Positions 24,966-37,745 of a stretch of 64,000 nucleotides of DNA are shown piece by piece. Each line of letters begins with the position of its first letter. The stretch's first letter is position 1. The translations under genes and the position numbers were made by a program. The notes beneath the pieces were generated by a model, which worked only from the letters and a program-made list of their open reading frames with translations, did not search any database and was not told where the DNA came from. The stretch comes from Carcharhinus amblyrhynchos (Eukaryota): NCBI GenBank assembly GCA_965287045.1, contig OZ336872.1, positions 53,878,001 through 53,942,000 of the forward strand, in the 5' to 3' direction.

Positions 24966-26406
24966 TCATTTGAAATACATTAAGCAACACTGAGTTACAT
25001 CGAAGTAGTATTAATTCGTTAGTGAATTAAATCATAATAATGAAACATTTATACAATGAAGCAAACTGGATATTCCTTGTCATTTGGATTTAGCCCAGAC
25101 CTGGAGAAGGTTTTTCTACTTCACGGTCGTGTTCGCTTCTATAAGACTAATTTGTGCGATGTATGGTAGGTAGAGCCTCAAAGTTCAATGCTGCCAGGAA
25201 TTTGGCTCAGGTTTAGGCTAGGGACAATGTTGAAGGGAGCAGTTGCAGATTCTCCACATCTAACATGATCCCTCAATATCAATACAGGCTGTGATACTTT
25301 CCATACCTCAGTACAGGCATCCTTTCAAATAGCATCAATCTCTTTTTGCACAAAGATAGAAAATGCTGTTAAATAATACCTGTCAGCCTTGTGCTAATTA
25401 ATTCATGTTCAGATATTGAATGGAAGATTTCTTGCAGATGACAGGGGACTGGATGCCACATAGTCTAGATGCGACATTATTGATTACAACGGACCTTTTG
25501 CTGCCTCAATAAATAGAGTAAATACCATATGTAGGTATTGGTCATTGAAATTCTGTTGGCTTCATAACCTAGTCTGAACTCACTGCATCTCTTGCCATGT
25601 TAATTCAATTCCCTCATATTATCTCAGCTTTTTTTATTTTAGTAAGATTACTGAAAGAAAGAAATCCCTCTTAGGAACAAGCAAGGCCGTTAAGAAGTGA
25701 ATCAGATTTAAAAAGCTGTCTTAATGATGAGTCTCATGAAGAGAAGTATGTTTTTCTGGTCACATTGGCTTCATAGCTACCAGAAACTTCATGCCATTTG
25801 CTCTACAATAGCAAGTATAAACTTGGCTTCTTTGAATCTATGATAATACTTGATAGCAGGAAGGTCTTTAGTCATTGCAGGATGCTGTGAATGATGGATG
25901 GAGCCAAGGGATTGATGGCTTGTAGATGTGTGGAAGTGCTCACTGCATACATGACAATTTAATTTACCTGGGTGGAATTCACTGAGGCATGAGATGAGAT
26001 TCTGAGTTGACAAGAATAAACAAAATCAAATTCTTGTACCTCATTCATTTTCTCTTACTGCTTATGTTTATGCCTTTCATTCTTTCATATCTTTAATGTC
26101 ACCAATCTCTCAGATACAGCAAGAGCACAGCGTTTGTTATTGCCCCTGTCTTCCTCCTTCTTCACTGACTCTTGCAGTGGTTAGTTTCTGTAGCCAATAT
26201 TGGCTACTAATACCTTGCCCAAGTAGCCACTCTGGCTAAGGATGAACAGTTGGTGAAAGTGGGCAATTAATCTTGGCTGATCAAGCCTGCAAATGAAATC
26301 CTCATTGGTACATTTTGGAGGTGTTATTACGATTTTAACAAAGGAAGGCCCTGGCTATTCTGCAATTTGGGATCTATTTAGTTTCTACTTTCTTTCCCAG
26401 TGTTTA

Positions 26407-26747
26407 CAGCACGGTGGCAGTGGTCAGCACAGCTGCCTCACAGTGCCAGGAGCCCAGGTTTAATTCCAGCCTTGGGTGACTGTCTGAGTGGAGTTTGCAT
26501 GTTCCTTCCCCCCGTCTGCGTGGGTTTCCTTCAGGTGCTCCAGTTTCCTCCGACAGTCCGAAGATGAGCAGGTTAGGTGGATTGCCATGTTAAGTTGCTC
26601 CTTAGTGTCCCAAGATGTGTAAATAATTTGGATTAGCCATGGTAAATGTGTGGGGTTACAACAACAGGACAGGGGAGAGTGACTACGTAAGATACATTGT
26701 CAGAAACGCGGTGCAAATATGATAGACTGAATGGGATTCTATGATTC
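26407..26747 (+). mobile_element. HE1-like SINE
   Basis: Head, V-core and the attctatgattc tail are all present. Confidence 0.88.
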
Positions 26748-26898
26748 TTTTGTCTTTAGTTCTTTCTTTGTCATACATAATTTCTAAAGTCTGAAAATTC
26801 CAGCCTAATTTTTTTTTTCCAAAACTCCTTCCCTTCCTTTCTCCAGGAGGCATTTTGCTTCATTTCTTCCAGGAGAATTAGCAAATAGTATCAAAGAA

Positions 26899-27203
26899 AT
26901 GTGAGCATAGCCCAATCCGTCACGCAAACCAACCTCCTATCCATTGACTTTGTCTACACTTCCCACAGCCTCGGAAAAACAGCCAACATAATCAAGGATC
27001 CATGCACAACGGACATTATCTCTCCCATCTTCCTCCGTCAGGAAAACGATACAAACGCCCGAGTCACATACCAACCAACTCAAGAACAGCTTCTTCTCTG
27101 CTGCCATCCGACTTTTAAATGGATCTGCCATATATTAAGCTGATCTTTCCTAACACCTGAGCTATGATAGTAACATTATGCTTTGCACCCTCTCCTTTCC
27201 TTC
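26899..27203 (+). mobile_element. Rex1/Babar-type LINE 3' end
   Basis: AQSVTQTNLLSIDFVYTS..LGKTANIIKDP...LPPSGKRY...TNQLKNSFFSAAIRLLN (with frameshifts). Confidence 0.75.
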
Positions 27204-27204
27204 T

Positions 27205-27480
27205 AAACAAAGAACAAAGAACAACACAGCACGGGAAACAGGCCCTTCGGCCCAACGAGCCCACGCTGCCATTTTAACATTACGAGTGCCCTCCTCTACC
27301 CATGACCTTTGTCTACACCTACTGGGGAAGATTGATGGAAGGCTAATTTAGGGACAATTTGTTACACCAATCAGCCTAACAGCACGTTTTTGGGACGTGG
27401 GAGGAAACCGGAGCACTCGGAGAAAATCCACGCAATCACAGGGAGAATGTGCAAACTCTCGCAGACACTGGCCCAAATCC
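27205..27480 (-). mobile_element. V-SINE core segment plus HER1-type tail (possibly part of the 3'UTR of the adjacent CR1)
   Basis: gtgggaggaaaccggagcac.cggagaaaatccacgca.tcacagggagaatgtgcaaactc is the reverse-strand V-core. The tail is gggccgaagggcctgtttcc.gtgctgt...(ttctttg)n. Confidence 0.75.
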
Positions 27481-27824
27481 ATGTATCTACACAGCAAACA
27501 GTGATAGTCACTGAGCTGTCATGTTGCCTGTCAGATGGTCCAGTTTAAGCATACACTAACGACGTGAAGCACTAGGCAACTCTTGAAGCAACATCCAAGA
27601 GCAGCCCTCACACGACCCATCGCGTGTATGCCCCTTGTTGGTCAACAAGGCAGACCAAGTCATCTGTGAAGTAAAAGAAGACATCAATAAACTTGCAAAA
27701 CTTAGACAGATATTTATGGAATCTCCAGAAGCACAGACATAAAGCAAGTGAGCCATGAAATATCTTGGAAGGTCCATAGGAATCAATTGATTCCCAGGGA
27801 CATCCCAAAGCTCTTGATCTTTAT

Positions 27825-29533
27825 TTAGAAAAGTCTCCTGAATCCCTCCATCTCTAGTTCGCTCATGTGCCTGTCTAAGTAAGCCTTTAACAACCCTAGC
27901 GTGCCTGCCTCCACCACCCTACTTGGCAGTGCATTCCAGGCCCCCACCACCTTCTGTGTGAAAAACCTCCCTCTAACATCCGAGTTACATCTCATCCTCT
28001 CACCCAAGCCCGTGGCCCCTCGTAATTATTGCATCCAACCTAGGAAAAAGCTTACCACTGTCCACTTTATCTGTGCCCTTCATAATCTTATATACCTCTA
28101 TTAGATCTCCCCTCATCCTCCCCCTTTCTAAGGAGAACAGCCCCAATTTGCCCAATCTTTCCTCGTAGCTCAGACCTTCCATACCAGGCAACATCCTGGT
28201 AAACCTCCTCTGCACTGTCTCCAGGGTCTCCACATCCTTCCGGTAGTAAGTCGACCAGAACTGGACGCAGTACTAAAAATGCGAGTGAACCAACGTTCTA
28301 TACAATTGCAACATTAGACGCCAGCTTTTATACTTCAAACCCCTCCCAATAAAGGCAAGCATACCACAGGCCTTCTTCGTCACCTTCTCCACCTATACTG
28401 CCACCTTCAAGGACTTGTGTACTTGCACTCCGAGATCCCTCTGCGTTTCTATGTTCTTAATAGGCCTACCATTTGTCGTGTAACTCCCCCCTACATTCTT
28501 CCTTCCAAAATGCATCACCTTGCATTTGTCTGGATTAAATTCCATCTGCCATTTCTCTGCCCAATATACCAGCCTATCTATATCCTGCTGTATTGCCTGA
28601 CACTGCTCCTCACTATCAGCAAGTCCAGCCGTCTTTGTATCATCTGCAAACTTGCTGATCACACCACTTACTCCCTCTTCCACGTCATTTATGTATATTA
28701 CAAATAACAAGGGTCCCAGTACTGAGCCCTGCAGCACACCACTAATAACAGATCTCCAGCTAGAAAAGGACCCTTCCACTACTACTCTCCGTCTCCTGTT
28801 GCCTAGCCAGTTCTCAATCCATCTAGACACCTGCCCTTGTATCCCATGAGCCTTAACCTTTTCCACCAACTTACCATGAGGGACTTTGTCAAACGCCTTA
28901 CTGAAATCCACGTAGACGACATGCATGGCTCATCCTTTGTCAACCGTTTTTGTCACCTCCTCAAAAAATTCTACCAGATTCGTAAGGCACGGCCTCCCCT
29001 TAACAAATCCATGCTGCCTATCACTAATCAAGTTGCCGCACTCTAAATGCTTATACATCCTATCCCTAAGAATCCTTTCCAACAACTTCCCTACCACTGA
29101 CGTCAAACTCACCAGCCTATAATTACCCAGGTTATCCCTACTACCCTTTTTAAACAATGGTACTACATTTGCTATCCTCCAGTCCTCTGGGACCTCACCT
29201 GTGTCCAAAGAAGAGACAAAGATTTGCGTCAGAGGCTCAGCAATTTCATCCCTCGTCTCCCTAAGCAGCCTAGGATAAATGCCATCAGGCTCCAGAGATT
29301 TATCAGTTTTAATACAACCTAAAAACCCTAACACTTCCTCCCTTGTAATAGATATTTCCTCTAATGGGTGTACAACTCCCTACAAGACAGCGCCTGACAA
29401 CAGGTCCCTCTCCTTTGTGAATATTGACACAAAGTATTCATTCAGAATCTCCCCCATTCCCTTGGACTCTAGGCATAGTTCCCCTCCTCTGTCCCTAAAA
29501 GGACCAATTTTTCTTCTAGCCACCCTTTTATTG
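27825..29533 (-). mobile_element. Relatively young CR1/HER1-type LINE, RT domain and C-terminus (5'-truncated, with a few stops and frameshifts)
   Basis: ORFs contain GNYRLVSLTSVVGKLLE, QHGF, VDFSKAFDKVPH, QGSVLGPLLF, SKFADDTK and RRFTRMLPG. Confidence 0.95.
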
Positions 29534-29559
29534 ACAGCTGCATGCCATCCTGGCAGATC

Positions 29560-29745
29560 TTATTGTCAATCCATCACTGTCACTGTGTCAAAGTCCTGCA
29601 AACTTCTTCCAAAGAGCCTTGTTTGTATACCTACACCACATGGACTGCAGCATTTCAAACAGGCGTCTTGGCACCACCTTCTCAAGGGCAATTAGAGATG
29701 GGCAATAACTTGCCAGTCATGCTCACTGTTCATAAACAGCTAATA
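29560..29745 (+). mobile_element. 3' tail of the CR1-group LINE family seen at 63315-64000
   Basis: cctacaccacatggactgcagc...caccaccttctcaagggcaattagagatgggcaataa. Confidence 0.75.
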
Positions 29746-29789
29746 CAGGATATGACAATCAATCTAATGTGCGCCAATGTGAATTAATG

Positions 29790-30200
29790 TGGAGAGAAGG
29801 GACCCAATGGATGGATAGATTAAGTTGAACGGTGCAAGTGTGTGCTATCAGGAAGAAGAGGAGTTTGTACTGAGTGGACCAACTATTTGGCTTATCCTTC
29901 ACTGTAGTAAATATGACAAGTAAATTCTCAGGTTACATTAGCAGAGGGATACAGCACAAATCAGAGAAAGTTGTTACTATATTCACCAGTCATGTCCCAT
30001 CTGGCGTGCAGTTCTGAGCACATTATCACACAAAGGGTAAGATCACTAGTGACAGCTCAGAGAGGTAAGTAACCAAATGGCAGCTTCCAAGAATTGAAGT
30101 TATGCCGGAAAGTTGAAAATGTTGGGTTTTTTTCCTTTACTTTGACAAAAGAATACACTGAGATGCTTTGAAAGAATGAGGAGAATCCTTAACAAAGTAT
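29790..30200 (+). mobile_element. Highly decayed CR1 RT C-terminal fragment
   Basis: Traces such as gttacattagcagagggatacagcacaaatcagagaaagttg, similar to the IARGIEYKSREV motif. Confidence 0.45.
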
Positions 30201-31139
30201 TCTTTATTCCATTACATGAAGGAAATTTCCACAATTCCACTCCTCCAAGCAACAGTTTCTAAAATATTTATCCTTAAGCTGCCTCAAATCAATGCATCTA
30301 AAGCATAAAATAAAACAAGACATTACTTACTGCCAGGCAGACACTTCCCTTTATAATGTTAAACACTGAGGCAAATCTAGAGAATGCACTTTCCTTTCAT
30401 GCTGAAATCATCAAAGCAAGATGAAGATGGAACTCCTCTAACGGATGTAACATTTCTTTATCGCATTGCCATTTTCATAATGCTGGAATGAATCTGAAAC
30501 GGTTGCTGTCGAGTACTATGGCCAAACATCACAGATGATCAAAATATTTGGTTACAATGTCCCACAAAATGTTGGCCAAACCTGCGAAAGACCTTTGACA
30601 GGAATCAACTTCTTTGCTTACAAAGCTTTGATGGCACTTTGTTATCTAACTGATACAGAGAAATAAGCTATAATGCCAGTGTTGTTTAATGTTCTCAGCC
30701 AGGTGACAGATTAACAGAGGGGGTGCATGATGGGTCTGCCACATCTGTAATGCTCAGAAGACCATTCTGGAGACCCTGCTGAGAACCAGCCTCTGAGGGC
30801 CAGGCAACCCACTGCTACAGCAACAAATGCATTTGTCAGGCATGCAAATGACATATCAAACAGTTATGCTGCTAACAATTCAAGTCAACTTCAGTAAATG
30901 CAACACGCTGCGCTTGTTCCTTTAATCACTATTAAACCTTTCAATCAATTAGTTTACCTGTTGCATGATACCATCCTATCAATGAATAAAATCACTGGGC
31001 CAGCTGGCAATGCAAGGAGCCCTCCTCCTTGTACATCACTTAAGCATTCCTCTGTATTATATTTTGCAGGTGTCATGATGGCTGGAGAAGATGAAGTGGC
31101 TCATGACAAAAATAATACTAAAACTAATTAACTATTTTC

Positions 31140-31295
31140 TAGAAACTCCCCCCCTAACAGCACAGTGGGTGTACCTACACCATGTGTACTCCAGCGGTTC
31201 AAGAAAGCAGCTCACTGCTACTTCCCAGGGGCAATTAGGGACGGCAAGTAAATGCTGGCCTAGCCAGTTGACTTTCACATCCCTGAAAGAATGTG
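31140..31295 (+). mobile_element. 3' tail of the same CR1-group LINE family
   Basis: cctaacagcacagtgggtgtacctacacca...cagcggttcaagaaagcagctcac...ggcaattaggga.ggcaa.taaatgctggcc. Confidence 0.8.
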
Positions 31296-32275
31296 TTAAA
31301 AAATATTTCAACATGGTAAGTATTATCATATCCTAGAAATATTTACAAATGATGAATTTTTGGCGTATTTTGTTTGCTGGTAAAATTTCCGTCAATGTGT
31401 TAGTGCAAATTATACCCTATCTAACATTGTCCTATAAACTCTGGAAATTCACTCCACTTATTTATTGTGACTGAGCAGTTTTTTAAAAATCTTGAGCGTC
31501 AGAGGCTTGCTGGAAAATTCTCAATAAATTAGACTGATATTTGCAGCTTGCGAATCAAGCAAGTGTACACAGAAGGAATCAGGTGTCTGAAAATACGTCA
31601 CCACTGAGCACTGGCTAAACTTAGTTCCTTTTTTAAAATTTTAAACAAGATCAGATCTGCTTTGCTAGCAGAACATAACCGTTTTTTCTTCGGAAGCTTT
31701 TGTTTCCCACTCATCATCTTCAATCTTGCACAATACCCATCAAATCCGACAGGACGGAATATCGAAAGAGTAACAAAAGCAGTCAGATGATATCCAAGCA
31801 CTATAGGTACAATGCTATGAACATATTGAAAAATCATGTAGGTTATTTGCCAGTTAAAACTCTAGTCACATCAAGCAGATGTTACGCATCAACATTAACA
31901 ATTAATAGCTATTGTGTGTTGCAGCAGCAGAGGCCTGGATAACAGGATTTGCTCCCCAGGCATTCTTATCTGAGGAGTTGGAGGCTATTTTTCTAGTCTC
32001 GGTTTTAGAAGGAGCACTCTTAATAAAGTAACAAAACTCACATCCTATTTATACATTAGGTGAAAAGGGTTTTGACAAATGTGGTAACTTGACAAGGTTA
32101 GACAAATGAATTCTGAGGCTCCATCTCCTTCGCTCGCAAGAATAGAAAATAAACAGTACGGCATGGACACAGAACCTGGCAGCAGCAGCACACAGGTCCC
32201 TTGTGGCTACAATAATAACCCGTGAAAGCCTGCACCACTGAGGACATCACTCACGCATGCTCACATAGACTCGAT

Positions 32276-32606
32276 GGCACAGTGGTTGGCGCAGCTGCCT
32301 CACAGCACCAGAGACCTGGGTTCGATTCCAGCCTTGGGTAACTGCCTGTGTGCAGGTTGCACGTTCTCCCCGTGTTTCCTCTGGGTGCTCCAGTTTCCTC
32401 CCACAATCCAAAGGTGTGCAGGTTAGGTAGATTGACCATGCTAAATTGCCTCTAGTGTTCCAAAATGTTTAGTTAGGTTAGGGGAATCAACAAGTTAAAT
32501 GTGTGGAGTTACAGGGATAGAACCTGAGTAAAATGCTGTGTCTGAGAGTTGGCGCTGACTCAATGGGCCGAATGGCCTCCTTTTGCACTATAGGAATTCT
32601 ATGATC
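32276..32606 (+). mobile_element. HE1-like SINE
   Basis: Full head, core and tail. Confidence 0.9.
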
Positions 32607-32849
32607 TAAAAGCATCAGTATATATATTCAGAAAGGGGCATACTTAGTGTATCTACTATAACACTCAATAAGAAGAAGCATCAGATCAAAATTTTCATTC
32701 CCACAGCCCCAAAAAAGGCCAAAATGTCCACTGAGTCAAGATGAATGAATTATCAACGGTACCACAGAAAAATATATTTTTCAAAACCAGCCCTCTCCAA
32801 TAACACAGTTTCATTAGCACTGGTGAAATATTAGTAGCTAATTAGATGT

Positions 32850-33300
32850 GAAGATAGATTACAGAGGTTGGGAATGTTCTCCTTGGAGAGAAGACTAAGA
32901 GGAGACTGATAGAGATATAAAATATCATGAACAGAGCAGATAGGGACAAACTGTTCCCACTTATAAAACAATCAAGAACGAGAGGCATTGATTTAAAGTG
33001 ATTTGCCAAAGAAGTAAATATGATGTGAGAAAAAACTTTTTCACACAGCGCGTGGTTCAGGTCTGAAACGTACGGCCTGGAAGTGTGGTGGAGGCACGTT
33101 CAATCGAGGCAATGAAGAAGGCTTTAGATGATTAATGAAACCAAATTACAGAGGTACAAAGAAAAGGCAGGGGTACAAGGAAAAGGCAGGGTTACAAGGA
33201 AGAGGGAAGAAAATGGCACTAAGTCATAATACTCATCTGGAGATTCAGCACTCACAATGGGCCAAATGTTCTCCTTCTGCACCATAGCAATTCTGTGATC
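32850..33300 (+). mobile_element. CR1-type LINE 3' end
   Basis: LGMFSLE.RRLRGDLIE.YKI...KNFFTQRVV-like motifs. Confidence 0.8.
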
Positions 33301-34246
33301 CACCCACGATAATGAATCTTTCACCTCTCTCAAATAAGCTACATAATAAGTATAAGTTTTAAAAGTTTGTGAAGCCATTTCAATAACAACAGGGGGTGGT
33401 GGGGAGAAAAGTACAAGTATTGCAAGGACTCATGACCTTTGCCATGGTGCAGGTCAATATAGGAGTTGTCACTGTCCGAAGTAACAATGGTCACAAGGGA
33501 TGAATAAGTGTCCCTACTGCCCAGCATCACTATGTTGCAAATCAAGGAAATTGTATGGTGTCTCGTTTTGCATCATTTGCTTGGCACGATATGAATGACC
33601 CTTCAGGCACAAAATCTGGAAAATGCTCCGACCAAGCTGGGAGCGAACGGCATGACTTCTGAAGAATCTTCTGTCTCCATCTGGCCGATTACACTGATTG
33701 GCACAAAAAATCCAACCCATCCTATCTTTCAGAACAACATCAGTGTCTAAAAGGAACTGGAAGGTTAATGAGGCGCTGCGGTCTGGAGGAGCACAGACAG
33801 TTTTTTGTGCTGCATAACTTACTGAATATTGTTTCAGCTAACACCAGGGCCATTAATATTGGATAACTGCAATGTTTTATGTCTGGCTGTCAAACTGCAA
33901 GAATACTTCTTGTACTTGTCTTCAAATAAATTTTGTTTGTCTCAAAGCCTAGAAGGTACATTTTTCTCAAATAATAGGTAAGGATAAGGGTGTGAGGAGG
34001 CGAGGTACTGAAGAGGAAGATGCATCTTCTCTACTTACACATTCTATTACTCTTCCACCATCCTATAGGTGAGTGCGACTTGAGGTGGTTTGCATCGTTG
34101 ATGTAATATACCACACAGATGACTGGGACTTTATTTTTATTTGTTTAACAAAAACCAACTTGGGCGCATTAGAAAATATTAACCAATACAATTTTCTTGC
34201 TCCTCGTTAACATCGGTCCCAATATTTAGAGAAGTGGGAAGTGTGC

Positions 34247-34267
34247 GAGAGAGAGAGAGAGAGAGAG
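34247..34267. repeat. (GA)n microsatellite
   Basis: About 10 GA units. Confidence 0.9.
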
Positions 34268-34386
34268 GGTGAAAGTACTGATGGTTGTGGCTAGGCTGGA
34301 CATTAATGGGGAACTCATGAACATTTCCCTTTTCCGACCAAGGCCAACTGGAAAGCCTGACTGGCAGGCGGGTGGCTCACCACAGA

Positions 34387-34682
34387 TCGTAGAATCCCCA
34401 CATTGCAGAAGAGGCTATCTGGCCCATTGAATCTACACCAATCTCTGACAGAGTAACTTATCCAGGCCCTTTCCCCACCATAACCCCATAACCCCACACA
34501 TTTCTCATGGCTATCCCACCCAACCTACACATCTTTGTAGCGTGGGAGGAAACTGGAACACCCGGAGGAAACTCAAGCAGACCTAGGAAGAATGTGCAAA
34601 GTCCACACAGTCGCTCAAGGCTGGAAACAAATTCAGGCCTCTGGAGCTGTGAGGTAGCACTTCTAATCACTGTGTCACTCCT
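34387..34682 (-). mobile_element. HE1-like SINE
   Basis: Reverse complement of the HE1 head, core and tail. Confidence 0.85.
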
Positions 34683-35740
34683 GCTGCAAGAGGCCGCAGG
34701 CAAGGACCCCTGGAAAGGATCTCTGGTTATCAGGAGGAAGGATAGGTGGGTAGTTGGCCATTGGGAGGGTTTGTGAAAGTTAAGAGTATCTTTTGAGATT
34801 GGGGTGGGGGTGGGGGGGCTGGTGGTGGTGGATGGGGGGTGGTGTGGTAAGCTGTCCAACTACCCTCGGGTCACGATGCTTATCTTCTACAGCTAGTCTA
34901 CTCTCCTTTTCTTTCCCAGGTTTCCAGACCAGTTGGACACCTATTCCAGCAATAGCCAACTCTAAACCAAGCTGCCAATTTTATTGAGCATATCCAATGT
35001 CCACTAGCAATAAAAAGACAGAGGCTACACAGATGACATGTTGAGGGCACATTCGCTAGCGCCCCTCCAACTCACCTATAATAGGAGTGAGGAAATAAAT
35101 ATGAAGGCCATTGCTTTCAATAGTAAACACTATGTACCATAAATGGAACTTGTCATTGATAATCTACAGCACGTAACTTTTTGATGTGTATCCCTCAGAA
35201 TAAAAGATGTTCTATTTGTAGTAATCTGTCTACTGAATAAAATATAGTTTCGCACTCTGTCACAAAATGCTCTTTAAAGTGGCAGATACTAAACAATAGC
35301 AAAGCATTTCAAGGAGGTACAAAAAACACTAAAGGATGCTGAACTAAAGGATGCATCGACGCAAATTTTCTGAGGGTTTCACAACAAATTGTCAGCTCTT
35401 GCCTTCATTACCTCTTGGAATCTCACCGCAACTTTAGCATTAAGCACAAGTGCAAATTAAGATAGAAGTCCTGAAGTCAGGGTCTATCATTCCCTGTTTC
35501 ACCAATGACTTGGACATAGAGCCTCCTCCTGTGCTGGCAATCAGTGAAATCGCTTGCTGAGAACTTCCCTTCGTTTTCCTTTTTGCTCTTAGAAATCCCA
35601 TAAGAAGTTAAGTCTTGTTCAATGAGTTGTTTTTAACATCTATTGATATCTGGAATGTTAGATCTCCATAACGAATTTGAAAATAATTTAACTTGGGGGG
35701 AAAAAAAACATTTGTGTGCAGTATTTCAGCTTCTATTCTT

Positions 35741-36066
35741 TGGGTGGCATGACGACACAGTGGTTAGCACTGCTGCCTCACAGCTCCAAGGGACCTGGGT
35801 TTGATTCCCGACTTGGGCCACTCTCTGTGCATTCTCCCGGTGTCTGCATGAGTTTCCTCCAGATGCTCCAATTTCCTCCCACACTCCAAAGATGTGTGAG
35901 TTAAATTCATTAGCCTTGCTAAATTGCCTCTTAAGTCCCAGGAGGATAGGTTAGCGGGATTAGCGAACTAAATATGTGGGCTTACAGGGATAGAGCCTAT
36001 GTGGGATTGTGCAGACTCAATGGGCCAAATGATCCCCTTCTGCGCTGTAGGATTTCTATGAATCTA
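35741..36066 (+). mobile_element. HE1-like SINE
   Basis: cagtggttagcactgctgcctcacagc...tail ttctatg. Confidence 0.88.
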
Positions 36067-36077
36067 CTGTAGCTCCA

Positions 36078-36283
36078 TGGGCTGGATTCGGGATATACCC
36101 TGCCCCCACCCCACAAACTTGTGGAATTTTTTGTGCCAGCAGAATCTTCCAATCTCATGGCTGTGAACAGGCCTTCCTGTTGTTTGCAACTTCCACTATT
36201 GAGGAACCCAAGGCGGACGGGGGGGTTACCGTCAGTGGGACTAGTAGATTCTGCCTGCAGGAAAGAGCCGAAAATTTCAGACT
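36078..36283. mobile_element. ~205-bp MITE-like element, related to 48026-48243
   Basis: Starts gggctggatt and ends gaaaatttcag. The interior shares ggaacc...ggggg...agattctgcc / aaaacctgcc motifs with the other copy. Confidence 0.5.
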
Positions 36284-36429
36284 ACATGTATATCCTAATC
36301 TTTATTTTATTTTTGATCTTTTCATTAAAAAACAATTTGATTATTCATGCTATTTATTTTCAGTTTTGCTGTCTATGAGAATTCTTTAATGTAATTGGCT
36401 GCTAGGACAGATTGTTGACATCACCACAG

Positions 36430-36720
36430 ATTCACAAAAAGCAGAGTAGACTAATGCTGACCCATTAGTCTACTCCTAAGCAGCATGATGGAAGTTGTCA
36501 TTGACAGTGTTTTCAAGCAGCATTTCCACAACAATAAACTGCTCACGATGCTCTGTTCCACCAGGTACACTTGTCTCCAGACCTCATTACAGCCTTGATT
36601 CAAATATGGACAAAAGAGCTGAATTTCAGAGGTGAGACTGACTGCTCTTGACATCAGGCAGCTCTTGTGATATCAAGCGATTCAGTAAAATTGAAATCAA
36701 TGAGAATCAGGGGAAAATCA
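36430..36720 (+). mobile_element. CR1-group LINE RT fragment
   Basis: cccattagtctactc...atgatggaag.tgtcattgacagtg...ccagacctcattacagccttg...actgctcttgacatc (PISLL...ALDI motifs). Confidence 0.65.
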
Positions 36721-36724
36721 TAAT

Positions 36725-37745
36725 ATGGCTGGGTAAAGTGCCCTGTTAGCACTATAACTTCTGATAAGCATTCTCTGATTCATGCACAAGCACATCAAAG
36801 GTTTCTTTGCATGCCTACATTTTCTGTTTCTCATTATTTAAGATGTTAAATTGTTCTGTATTCCCTACCAAACTATCACACCTCACATTATATTCCATCT
36901 GTCACAATCTTACCCATTTCCCTGTCTACATTGTTTTCCAGCGTCTTTTCATTTTGCTTACATTTCCACCTGGTTTGCGTGGCAGGAAACTTCGGTGTTA
37001 TTACACTTGGTCCCCCATATCTAAGTCAGTAATATAGATTGTAAATAGCCAAGGCCCAAGCACTGGTCCTTGCAGTATCCTACTGGTCACAGCCTCCTTT
37101 ATTTCCACTCTGTTTTATGCATATTACGCCAATCCTCAATTATGTTAATATATTGTCCCTAACCCTGTGACTGAGATTGTCCGGTCTCACACGGTCCGCT
37201 ACCACTGCCAGCGAGAGTGAGGAATTTGGCGCACAGGCGAGTCTCCATTCACTGCAGCGGGACTGAAAAAACCCAGCCGCGGACAAGGTCAGAGAATTCT
37301 GGCCTATGAGTCTTAGTTTGTGGAATAATCTTTTGTGCAGCACTTTATTGAATGATTTTTGAAAATTCAAACAGATTAGCTCCACTGGCCCCCTCTTTTC
37401 CATGCTGCTAGATACAGCCTGAAATAACTCTAATGGATCTGTCAAACACAATTTCCCTTTTATAAATCTGTGATAACTCAGGGTATCATAATGTAATTGG
37501 GCTATGTTACCACATTCCAAAAAATAGATTCTAGCAATTGTCCTAATACTGACGTCTGGCTAACTGGTGTGTAGTTTCCTGCTTTCTCTGTCTCCTTTTC
37601 TGAATAGCGACATTGCATTCCAACCTGTGAGGACTGTTCCAAAATCTGAAGAATTCTGAATGATTAAAACCAATACATCTCTGTAGCCACCTCTTCTAAA
37701 ATCCTAAGATGTAGGCCATCAGGTTCTGGCAATTGCTGGAAGTTT
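36725..37745 (-). mobile_element. Decayed CR1-type LINE RT, interrupted by a MITE
   Basis: HRFIKGKLCLTD.LELF...PVELICLNFQKSFNKVLHKRLFHKL. Confidence 0.8.
37168..37305. mobile_element. ~135-bp MITE inserted in a CR1
   Basis: Same family as 21366 and 23672. It is a GC-rich island within AT-rich CR1 sequence. Confidence 0.75.
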
